Source: Vitrella brassicaformis CCMP3155 (taxonomy: Eukaryota > Protista > Chromerida). Taken from it: a stretch of 64,000 nt of DNA. A program made the position numbers and the translations under genes. Below are positions 47,031 to 58,711 of the stretch, one piece after another (position 1 is the first letter of the stretch; the number at the start of each line of letters is the position of its first letter). The notes beneath the pieces were generated by a model. The model was not told the origin of the DNA and searched no databases. It saw only the letters and a program-made list of their open reading frames with translations. The stretch is from NCBI GenBank assembly GCA_001179505.1, contig CDMY01000398.1, positions 1 through 64,000 on the forward strand, written 5' to 3'.

Positions 47031-47103
47031 TTCGCCATTTCTCGCTCCACTGTCGTCTCTTCTGGTTACTTGGGTCACCTGGTCGTCTCTCTGTCTTTCT
47101 ATC

Positions 47104-47138
<35 letters not shown>

Positions 47139-48124
47139 ACGTGTGTGTATGAGGGAGCTGTTGGGCTGACTGACTGACTGGCGGACCGGTACTTGTTTTT
47201 GAATGTGAATGTGTACACTACCCATGGCAGCTGAGCTGTATGTAATGATATTACACCCACACCGAACTAATGTCATGCCGCCCCATGAGCACTGGAGCAC
47301 AGCCATCCCATCAACACGTAGATTGAATCCCACACGTGTGCACACGGGCCACTCAGTCAGTTAGTCGTCCATATACAACTCTATCTGGCCGCCTCCGCTG
47401 CCCATCTCCCTCCCGTCTCACCCTCCACTAACTACATGCTGCCCCTCTCTGGTGCCTCAGGTCCATGGGCAAGAGGCCTCTGACCGCCGGCCTCCGCGAG
47501 GCGGCACCACCGTGGGCTGGCACCAACACTACTCGACGCCCAACCACCCCCACCAACAGCTACATGCTCTCCACTCGCAGCCCCGCCTGATCAACCAAAC
47601 CAACCAAAACGAGACAAACACATGGGACGCGTGGTTGTGTTTGCTCGTCGCGGATGCAAGCATAGCCTACCGGGCTGCCTGCCGCCGTTCTCGGCATCGC
47701 ATCGCCAAGCCTCTCTGCGATTTTGTCATTGAGCCCGTTCTGACATGTGAGGTCCATGACGGATGGCGAGTTGACGGCGAGGGACGGCGGCGGGGGCCGG
47801 AGGGAGGGAGGAGGGACTGGGATGGGTGGCTGTTGGCGTGGGGGAGTGCGGGGGCCGATGGGAAGCGCTGTGCCGTCTGCCCTGTAACCGCTGCTGGCTC
47901 ACGAGATCCCTGACACATACACACACAAACACACAAACACACAAACACACACACACAGCCAGCTGATCTACTTGTGCAACCATCGTGCTGTGTATGTCAG
48001 TTGCTCACAGTTTTGTTTTTCAGCGACAGCGAGATTTGTGCCGTTCTTTCTCGATGTCCTTCTTGAGCGACGCCTCGCGCGGCGCCTCTACCACACGCTT
48101 CTCACACTGACCATAACCACACAC

Positions 48125-48580
<456 letters not shown>

Positions 48581-48883
48581 GGTTTCGACCAGGAGCGGGT
48601 CTTTGTGCGACCGTTAGCCGAGCTTGAGTTTTCGTCGTGCCCTTAACCACCACGCACAATGCGTTAACACAATGACCAACCAACCATCCATGCAGTATTA
48701 GTTTTCTGCCAACCCGTCAACAAATCGCACCTCTCTGCCTGCCCGCCCGCCTCCCTGCCTGCCTGCCTCCCTGTCTGTCTGTCTGTCGACCAACGTCTGA
48801 TCTGATCACACCCCAGGCTCTGCCTCGTCCCCGCTCTTGCAGACGAGCTGAGGGTCACATCCGGTGTCGCTCGCCGGCTGCGA

Positions 48884-50543
48884 ATGTCCTGCAGCCCTAT
48901 CAGCGGTAGGAACGAGAAGATAGACACAGGGGCATCGTTGATCTCTGTCTGGGTGCATGTGTTCTGCCTGTGCAGGCGTTTTTCATCCACGTCCGTCGCC
49001 GGCATGACTAGCACTAGGTTCCTGTCTGAAAGGGAACTGCGGACGTTCCGCACGATCAAATGCTCGCGGCTGGCAAAGGGGCGGTGCGACCTTGTGGCGG
49101 ACGAGTGCTGCAAGTACTCGCACTCCACCGAGTGGACGAGACGGCGTGTGTTCTGCCACAGCAGCACCGACGCCATCAAGTACTGCCATATGCAGTGCCC
49201 AGACGTCCAGATCGACTTCAGGAACGAGGCCATTCTGTCCAACACGTCCATTCTGTCCAATACCTGCAAGCTGCGCGCCAAATGCCCGTACTCGCACTCG
49301 GCCGGTGAGCAAGGGGACACACATGGCGGGGGCGGGAGGAAGGTGGGATGACATATGTGGATGTGCGAGTGTGTGTGTCTGCGTGCTGCAGAGGAGATAT
49401 TCTATCACCCGCTGTTTTACAAGACTCGTCCGTGCCCGTCGTACCAACTCACACGCCGCTGCACAAGGCCCTACTGCCCATTCGTCCACAGCCGCGCAGA
49501 GGACCGCACACGTGAGTTGTCGACAAACCGACAGACACGTGACAAACCACATCACCACTCACTCTTGCGGGCATCTCTGTGCGTGTGTGTGTGTGTGTGT
49601 GCAGACCACCCCGATCGCCAGTACAAGATGTACCTCCAGTACCACCGCAAAGACGGCATCGAGCTGCCCCCCATCGAGGGCGTCATTCGGGTCGAGGGGG
49701 GCCCCCCCACCAAACTTAAAGGCAGCAGCAACCGACAGGTGCCACCCATCCCGCAGCCCGCGACCACCACCAGACCCAGTGTGCCCCCGCCACCCGTCGC
49801 CCTCCCCATCGCACGCCAGCCCGACGACCAACTCACCAAGATACTCGACGCCCTTCGCAGCCTGCCCGACAGCGATCGTGCCGACGTGCTGCAGAACCTG
49901 GCCAATGTGGGCCACTTACTGGAGGAGGCCACACCGGCGTCAACCCACGCGTCTCCTGCCACCCCCATGTCACTCGCAGACACTGAGCTGGTTCCTCTGG
50001 AGTCGACGGCGCGCCCCCCCTTGGTGGTCAGCAACATTGAGGAGGCGACGGCGGCGCTGCACGCCCTGTTGCGATACTTCGAACACGCCGACGACCAGAG
50101 CACCAAGGCCCTGCAACCCACCATCCTCGAGACGGCCCTGCCCATCGTGTTGGACTCGCTGAGCAAGCACCCGATACCCACGGCCGGTCGCACCAGCAGC
50201 CAGGGCGGCTTCACACCCCCGCCCCCACCGCCTCCCGCCGCACTGCCATCGCCGACACACATCGTGACCGTGCCCAGCCCGCATGACGAGGTGAACAGCG
50301 GTCGTGTGCAGATGGGCATGGGAAGGGGAGTGGGCTTCACCATCAGCAGCGACCTCTCTGCCGTCGTGCAGGGTGAGCAGGGGGGATGCGTGGGGTTGAA
50401 GAGGCCGGTGTAATGTGTGTTTTGTTGGTGTGATGGATGGCTCAGCTTCGTCCAGCTGGTCTCGTTCTGGCTTGTCGGCGCCGTCATTCTGCTTCCCACA
50501 GGCAGCGCCCAGGGGTCTGCTCGACGAGGAGGGGGGGCTCTGA
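48884..50543 (+). CDS. Unkempt-like CCCH zinc-finger protein with a Pro-rich C-terminal region
   Basis: LRTFRTIKCSRLAKGRCDLVADECCKYSH; CKLRAKCPYSH|AEEIFYHPLFYKTRPCPSYQLTRRCTRPYCPFVH. The start (48884 or the later MTSTRFL) and the stop (50413, or 50543 via a last intron) are uncertain. Confidence 0.8.
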
Positions 50544-52238
50544 GAGAAAGGCCAAGGACGCAATAAACGACATGGGAGACGGAGGAGGGTGGGGATCCTG
50601 ACTGACCTGCATGCTTGCACACATACAACACACTGACTGACTCAGTGCAGACCTCTACGGCGCGTGAGTCTTTTGATTAGGGGGGAGAGAGCGGAAAGGG
50701 TCGGTGGGTGGACCGACTTACTCCTTGGTGACTTATTCCTTGGCTGCCGTGTCGTACCTTTGTTGTATGTGCCGTGTTGTGCTGTGTCGCCTCTTCGCAC
50801 CGCCATACCTCTATTTAAGCGACGTATATGGGAGGGCGGGGGCGGCGACTTTGATGCATGTGTATGCGGGATTTGTGCTTTCTTTTTCGCCGCCGCACCC
50901 GCGCAGCCAGCCGGTTGATTCATCAACGGCATTCGGTGTGCTAGTCAATGTAATGCATGTGTGGGTGCGTATGTCTGACTCGCGTCTGGCCATGTGTGTC
51001 CGTGTGTCTATGTATGTATGTGTGTGTGTGTCCCTGCGAGCGCTTCAGGGCGAAACGGGGGAAGACAGAGGGGGAAGACAGCCTTCTTTGGGCCTTTCCC
51101 TTCTGCCCTCCTTGTCTGTCCTTCGCGTGGGCTGAAGAGCTAAAGAGGAGGGTTGGTTTCCGACACAAGAAGCGACACGCAAAGAAAGAGACTCGCCAAA
51201 CTACCGAATCGCGTCCGCATCTGTCGTTTTGTGAGTGCCGAATTCTCTCTGTAGTCCATCCATGCCGTGTGTGTGCAAGAGAGTTACCGACTCAGTGACC
51301 TACTAGTTGCCTTCCAGCCGTCTTACTGCCTTACTGTCTTGCCATGCCTTACCTGGTCTTGCGCTCTCTAGGGTGTCTGGGTGCGTGTCGCCTCCCTGCC
51401 TGCCTGCCTGCCTGCCTTGTGACTGATTGATTGCTGCTGCCCATTGTGTGAGGCTGCCTGAGAGATGTGTCGTACGACAGTGACATAGCAGATACACGTG
51501 TGTGTGTCGGCATGAAGCTTCTTGGTCTCTTCTCGTCTCCCTCCCCACACTCGTCTCCCTCCCAGTAATGTTCGCCGTACGCTCCCTCCCTCCCTCCCTC
51601 TCTCTCTCTCCCTTCGCCATCCACACCTGCGCATGCTCTTCCGTCTCCCCCTGGTGTCCTCTCTCTCTTGTCTGTGTGTGTGTCCATGAAGTGACAGAGA
51701 CCTGAGAGAGCCCACCCGTCCCCCCGTGTGGGTGCATGCATAGGATTTAGCCACCCCGCGCCAACCCCCCGCCACTCACTGACTACTCGCTACTCACAAC
51801 CACGGAAGCAATTCGTCCTCTCTCTCCCCCTTTGTGGCGATCAATTGTTTGTTTGTCGGCCGCAGCAGGAGGACTGATGTCTTTCTGCAGAGAGACACGT
51901 AAGAGTGATACGGACTTAGTAGAGGTGGGTATGAAAGCCGTGAGATATTCGGCATGCACCGTATTACAATGAGAATTGCTTCCTGTACTACTCTTAATGA
52001 CATTAGCCATTAGCCCTGAATCCTTCGTCTGCCTGCCTGCCTGCCTGGCTGCCTGTCTTACCAGATTTTCAAGCCGTATGCGACCAACTCACCAGATTTT
52101 TGCAACACCACAGCGAGCGGGCAATTTGCCAGTCCCTATGCGCGCGCGCGTGTGTAAGGTTGGCCGTGTGACGTCGTGCCCAGCCTCGTTTACTGTTGCA
52201 TGAGAAAGTGCCCTTCGCAGTCTGCATGTCTCTCTCTC

Positions 52239-52269
<31 letters not shown>

Positions 52270-52793
52270 CCTCCTCCCTGTTGGATGATATGCGTCGAGT
52301 GAAGGGGAAGGGTGACGAAACGAGCCCAAGACAAGACAAGACAAGACCAGCAGAGGTGATGCTTTACGTGGATGCCCCTGCCCCCTACAGAGAAGGTGTC
52401 TCTCGACTTTGTATGACGGCAGTGTTTTGTCGGACAAACAGGCAGGTAGAGACAGTTAGGAGATCTCGGTCGGCCAACGGACATGCCGCAGCAGAGACAC
52501 TGGAGACATAAACATCCTGGACAGGTGCAGAAAAACTAATCGACGTGAACATTCAGCCGCGTTCGTCCAACGTATGCATTCACACACCCCTACACACATC
52601 TGATTCACAAGTAGACGTCTTCCTCGTATGTTCACATTCGAGTAGACATAGCATTGTACGGGCGCGAGGGCCTTAACTCAAAATCGGCTTCGATTCATCT
52701 TCTGCCCCGAGGATCTACTGGATGGCAGATATCTGCCGCACAAAGCGCGTGTAGGCGAATGAAGGCAGGATAGTCCTCCAGGGCCACGTTGAA

Positions 52794-54800
52794 ATGGCTG
52801 ATGAAGGCAGTGATGATGACCACACCAACGGAGAGCGGCTGATAGAGAACACACCGATCTCCATCGGCAGGAGAGTCCGCAGCCACCCCCTGTTCCGATC
52901 CCACAACTGGCGCAGCATGCTTCTGACACCGTGGAGAAGGCGAAAGGACCTCGCGAGAAGCGAGGCTCCCTCACCAGACATCTCACGGCAGCCCTCGTCA
53001 GGATCCGGCTCGTGGACAGCTCTGTCCGAATCGGTGCCGCACGCGGCGAGCCAGAGCACCGTGGCGAGTAGGATGGCGGCTGGCCGTGGGCGTGGTCGGA
53101 GGGAAGGGGACAGACACATGCATGTGTGTGCGCGGCCGGGAAACGTGCTGGAGGCTGCCAAGCGGGGGGAGGCCGAGTGGGTGGCGGCGCTGATTGAGGC
53201 GGGAGCCGACACCAACCAGCTGGACAATGTATGTAGACAAACACGTAACCACGATACACACACACACACACACGCGTGCATACACGCACACACAGAGAGA
53301 GAGAGAGACCGTGGACGGCTGTGCCTGCTTGTCTTGTATGTGTATGCGTGTGTGTGTGTGTGATCGATCCCGTAGAGCGGGTGGACGCCGCTGATGTGGG
53401 CGTGCGTCCGGCGGCACATCAATGTGGGGTTCCTACTCATCCGAGCGGGGGCCCACCTCGCCCACAGGGCAGACGTACGTACGCCACGCCCACACACATA
53501 CACATACACAGACAGACAGATAGACAGATAGATGTCCACGCACAGCCAGACAAGTTCGCTGCATGCCTGCCTGCCTGCCTGCCTGCCTGGCTGCCTGGCT
53601 GGCTGGCTGGCCTTGTTGTGGCTTTGTTGTGGGTGGCTTTGTAGTCTGGTTGGACGGCCCTCCACACAGCTGCTTACGTACGTGGCAAAGATACACACAC
53701 ACACACACACACACACAGTCGACACACGCCACACAACGTTCACGCTCAGAGCACAGGCGGTGTGCGTCAGTCACTGTATACGTGGCTGCGCCGTGCAGAG
53801 TGGATCGCTGGAGCTGATACGGCTGCTCGTCACGTCAGGGGCGTCTGTGCATGCTACCGAGAAGGTCCGAAGGAATGCAATCGATGGATGGATGGATGGC
53901 CTTGCACTCACACCACTGGTCTGGTCTGGTCTGGTGTATGATATGATTTCCTCTGTCAGCGTCGGCGCACCCCACTGCACTTGGCGGCTTCCTCTGGCCA
54001 GGGCAATGCCGTCCGCCAGCTCGTCAGATTCGGCGCGAGACCACACGCCCGAGATGATGTAGGCACACACACACGTGAGATGCGCAGCTGGATGGATGGA
54101 TGGATTGACGCGGCTTTGTTGCATTCGACGTGTCTGTGTGTCAATCAGAACGGGTGGACGCCTCTGCACCTGGCTGTGCACCGGCAGCGAGTCGACGCGG
54201 CCACAGCGCTGCTGGACAGCGGAGCCGATGCAAATGCCGTCACAAATGTGGGCGAGCGCATCCGTCACGCATTCGCATGGAACGCGCGACATGCTGCTCC
54301 TGTCTCTCTCTGTGTGTGTGTGTGCAGCACCAGCTCACGGCTCTCCACACTGCCGCCAGCCTTGAGAATGACGAGCTCGTCGACCTGCTGCTGGCACATG
54401 GGGCCAGGATTGACGTCAACAACGCGGTGGGCGAGTGAGATGCCTGCATGTCGGTCGGCACATCTGTGTGTGTGTCGGTGGATGTCTGCCTGCCTGTCTG
54501 TGTCAACTCACAGGATCTGAAGACGCCCGTCGACACCGCCGGCAATCTCACGCTGAGACGGCGGCTGATCGTGAGCACACAGTCAACAAACAGCATTCAT
54601 TTCCACACATCAATCCACACACAGCGATCTGTGCAATCAATGGCCCCCTATGTGTGTGTGTGTGTCAGACGGCAGGTCGGTACCAGCGCCGCGAGGTGCT
54701 GTTTTGGGTCATGGCCAAGGGCGACCCATCACACCCCTTGGTCGCCTTCATGGCCGACAACGCACAGTGGCTTAGGCAGCGAGTGGCCGCCTTCTTGTAA
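52794..54800 (+). CDS. Ankyrin-repeat protein (about 6 repeats, roughly one per exon)
   Basis: LEAAKRG...LIEAGADTNQLDN|SGWTPLMWAC; GWTALHTAAY; RTPLHLAASSGQ; NGWTPLHLAV; LTALHTAA; ends QRVAAFL*. Confidence 0.9.
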
Positions 54801-55179
54801 CATATGAACGTGTGTGAGTGTGTGGGATGAGGAGGTCTTTGTCGGTGAATGAATGAGCCGCTGAATGAATGAATGGATGGAGAGCTCCATCGGGCAATGC
54901 AATCAAGGGTCCTTGTTTTGTTTTCCGATGACTGACACATGTCAGTCAGTCATTGCCTGGTTGGTTGTGGTTTGGTTGTGTTGTGCCTGCCTGCCTGCCT
55001 GCCTGGCCGACTGTTTGTTTGGCAACACGCCATGGAGGAATGAACGGACGAATGTATGTCGTATGCGTTTGTTTGCCTATGTATGGCCGCGTGACAAACA
55101 GTTGACGCTTGTGGATGATGTTCGACCGTGCCTGCGAGCTCAAATGCTGTGTCGATCACAGATCTGATTCATTCATTCA

Positions 55180-57813
55180 ATGTCGTCCATCTACCCACCA
55201 TCGTTCCCTCGACGCCTCGTCGGCAACTTCGGCCGCGTTGTCGGACTTGCAGGCATCACTCTCGGCGCGACCTGCACAGGTGTGGGGATTGTGGCCTACA
55301 CGGACCAGGGAGCGAGGCGCAACGCCTACTTCTGGGCCAGGGCCTTCCCTGTCTACATACACTACAGGTCAGTAAGAGCGTGTGTGTGTGTGTGGATCTG
55401 TGCTGGTGGGTGTGAATGTTGACTGGGTGTCACACAGGTGGACGGAGTGGCTGGTCAAGGACCTGTCAGAGGAGGAGCAAAATCGACGATACGATGCGCT
55501 GCACGAGGTACCAGGGGTGGCTGGACACACACACAGTGTCACACCTTCCCCCGCACCACAGCAGATCTCACTCTCTGTGCGTGTACTGCAGCTGCACGCG
55601 CCGAGGATGGAGGGTATAGCTCGTCACCTGAAGGGCTTCTACATCAAGCTCGGCCAGCTCGGCAGCACACGAACAGACTTCCTCGCAGAGTACCTGCCTA
55701 CTCGTACCCTGCCCTCGCACCCACCCACTCTCTCTCTCTCTCTGTGTGTGTGTGCAGGCCTTATCTGAAGGTATGTGAGCGGCTGCAGGACGACTGCCCC
55801 ACCGAGCCGTTCGAGCGGATCGTGGACATCATCGAGAACAGCCTCGGTCGGACACACACTGATTGGTTGGCTCATCTCCATATGCAATGCCCTCTCCCTC
55901 CCTGTTTCTGTGTGTGTGTGCAGGCAAGAAGGTTGGTGAGGTGTTCCGTCACGTTGACCACAAGCCGCTGGGGTCAGCGTCGATCGGCCAGGTCCATAAG
56001 TAAGGACACACTTGCACACCAGACAGACATCCGCTGAAGGCAGACAGACATGTGCATATCGATGGTGTGTGTGTGTCTGTGTGGTGCGCAGGGCGGAATT
56101 GCTTGACGGTACCCCGGTTGTGGTCAAGGTGCAGTTCCCCGATGCTGAGAGGATGTTCCGCATCGACATCAAGACTGCCCAGGACTTCTGCAGGCTCGTG
56201 CAGCCCGACCACCTGCCCTTCCTCAAAGGTGCATGGCCTGGCTGCCGAGCGTACGACACACCAGCCACACTACACATCACATACACACCTGTCTGTCTGT
56301 CTGTCTGTTTAGAGGTGGAGAAGCAGTTCATGACAGAGTTCGACTACCGTCGAGAGGCCGAGAACCTGGATGAGATCGCCGACAACGTGCTGCCTGTGTG
56401 GGGGAGGAAGGTGGTTATTCCCAGGCCGTTCAAACACCTCTGCACACGGTACGGTGCGGGGCGGTGGGCAGGACACAACACTTGCGTGCGCACATACCCC
56501 CAGCTGTGTGTCTATGATACTTTTACGTGTCCAGGGAGGTGCTGGTGATGGAATACGTCCCTGGCACGAAACTTGCCGACGCCATCAAAAGGTCCACACG
56601 CGATGCGACACACACTCAACCATCCTAGACACATACAGGTGTATGTGCGTGTGTGTGTGTGTGTGTGCGTGTGTGTGTGCGTGTGTGCGTGTGTGTGTGC
56701 GTGTGTGCGTGTGTGCGTGTGTGTGCGTGTGTGTGTGTGTGCGTGTGTGTGTGTGCGTGTGCGTGTGTGTGCGTGTGCGTGTGTGTGTGTGTGTGCGTGT
56801 GTGTGTGTGTGTGCGTGTGTGTGTGTCAGGCAGTACACACACATAGCTGCTTCGCGCAACATGACGCTGCAAGAACTGATCGAGGAGCAGGACCGTATCG
56901 ACAGGCAAGCAGGGCAGGCGCCACACACGTGTGGACCCACATGGATACGTCTGTCTGTACCATGCTCTCTCTCAGGGAGCGTGAGTCGAAGGGCCTGGAG
57001 AGAGAGGTCGGCCCAAGTGCCCTTCAATACGCCCTCTGGCAAACACAGGTTGGTACACCCACCCCCACTTTATGCCATCGTCTCTCTCTCTGTGTCTGTA
57101 TGTGTGTGTGTGTGTCAGGTTGTGTTGCGCAACGCGGCGATGGGTGTGTGTGTGGCGGCCTACAACTGGACCGTCGGCTGGGTGCTGTCGGCCCTCACGC
57201 CCTCTTCTTGGGGGTTTGAGGGGATTGCCAAGATACCTCCCGCAATCAGCGGATTCCATGTGTGTAACTAACTGGCTGACACGACGAAGAGAGAGAGAGA
57301 GAGAGATCGTCCCGTCGTAGCACTGGTGTCGACTCGACTCGTGTGTGTGTACGTGTGTGGCTTAGAGGGAGGAGATGCCGATAAACATCCCTCAGATATT
57401 GGATGTGCTGATGAAGGTCCATGGACACGAGCTCTTCCACGACGGGGCATTCAACGGAGGTCAGCACAACATTGCAGTGCATCCATATGTATGTCTGTGC
57501 CATGCATCTGCACTGCCTATGGCGTCTTTGGACGGACGGTGTGATTGTGTTGTATGTGTCGCAGATCCGCACCCTGGCAACATTCTGCTGACGCCTGACG
57601 GCAAGCTGGGCCTCATCGACTACGGACAAGTCCGCACACGCGCATACGAATGGATGGATGGCTGCATCGCGCTCGCCCACACAGGTTGTGTTGTGTTGTG
57701 TGTGTGTGTGTGAATATGTGCAGGTCAAGCACATCACTCGCGAGCAGCGTCTGAACCTGGCCCACCTCGTTGTCGCCCTTGCCGAGAAGAACTACCCACA
57801 GGCGGCAAAGGTG

Positions 57814-57844
<31 letters not shown>

Positions 57845-58342
57845 CATGAATGACGCACTTGGGCGCCGAAGCTGATGCATGCATTACCTCATCAGGTGTT
57901 GACCGAGAAGGTAGGTCTGAAGACCAAGAACAGCGATGAGCGTACACTTGCCCTCCGGGCGCGGATGCTCTTCGACCGAGACGACAAAACCGTCACCGGC
58001 GGAATGAACGCTCAGGCATGTACCCACACACACGCACACACACACATTGAAGAGTATCTGTCCTATCTATGCCCCGTTTGTGTGGTGTGTGGCCAACCAA
58101 CCGACCACCAGGCGTTCTTCGAGTCTCTCGAGAGGGAAGACCCCCTGGTACACATGCCCGACGACTACGTCATGGCGTGGCGTCTGTCGCTGCTGATGCG
58201 TGGGATGGGGTGGGCGCTGCGGTACCCCATCTCGACGGCTGAGGGATGGTACCCCATCGCCAAACGGCTCATCGAAGACCAAGACAGAGAGGGGAAGGGC
58301 AAAGGCAGAGGCAAAAGGAAGAAGGCCAAGACGAAGACGTGA
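55180..58342 (+). CDS. ABC1/UbiB/ADCK atypical protein kinase
   Basis: [71 protein letters not shown]...GLIDYGQVK. Confidence 0.92.
56639..56826. repeat. 188-nt uninterrupted alternating purine-pyrimidine (GT/GC) microsatellite in an ABC1 intron
   Basis: Strict RY alternation of GT with interspersed GC from 56639 to 56826, ending at the 3' splice site. Confidence 0.95.
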
Positions 58343-58711
58343 CGCCGGATGACAGACAGACGACAGTCAGCCGAGATGAGTGTGTGGTTGTGTGCGGGTG
58401 GGTGGGTCAGCTGAGCTCAGCAGCGAAGACGATCGAGGTCATTTTATCTGTGGGTGTGTTGGCCTGTGGTGTGTGATTTATGAGGTGCTTGCTTTGCTGA
58501 TGTCGATAATGCAGAGATAGAGAGAGACGTCCGCCATGTTATGTACACACACAGTCATTTGTCCGTCCGTCCGACTCGATTAGAGGTATACTTAGGGCTC
58601 GGATGAGCCGGAGGAGGACAAGCTGACGCCTCATCTGTGCGAAATCCAACAGGAAAAACGGCAAATTTACAGACCTGTACGGTCGCGCGAAGGGTCCTCT
58701 TTGGAGATGAC

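Noticed and set aside
49230-49265. 18-bp tandem duplication (ILSNTS ILSNT) in the CCCH gene
   Set aside because: An in-frame micro-duplication in a loop; real but unremarkable.
51300-52500. Possible multi-exon minus-strand gene
   Set aside because: Several donor and acceptor-like sites are present, but I could not build one consistent open frame without weak, arbitrary junctions.
56905-56975. Third GC-AG intron (AG|GCAAGC) in the ABC1 kinase gene
   Set aside because: A downstream GT donor in the same phase also keeps the frame, so the GC donor is not required.
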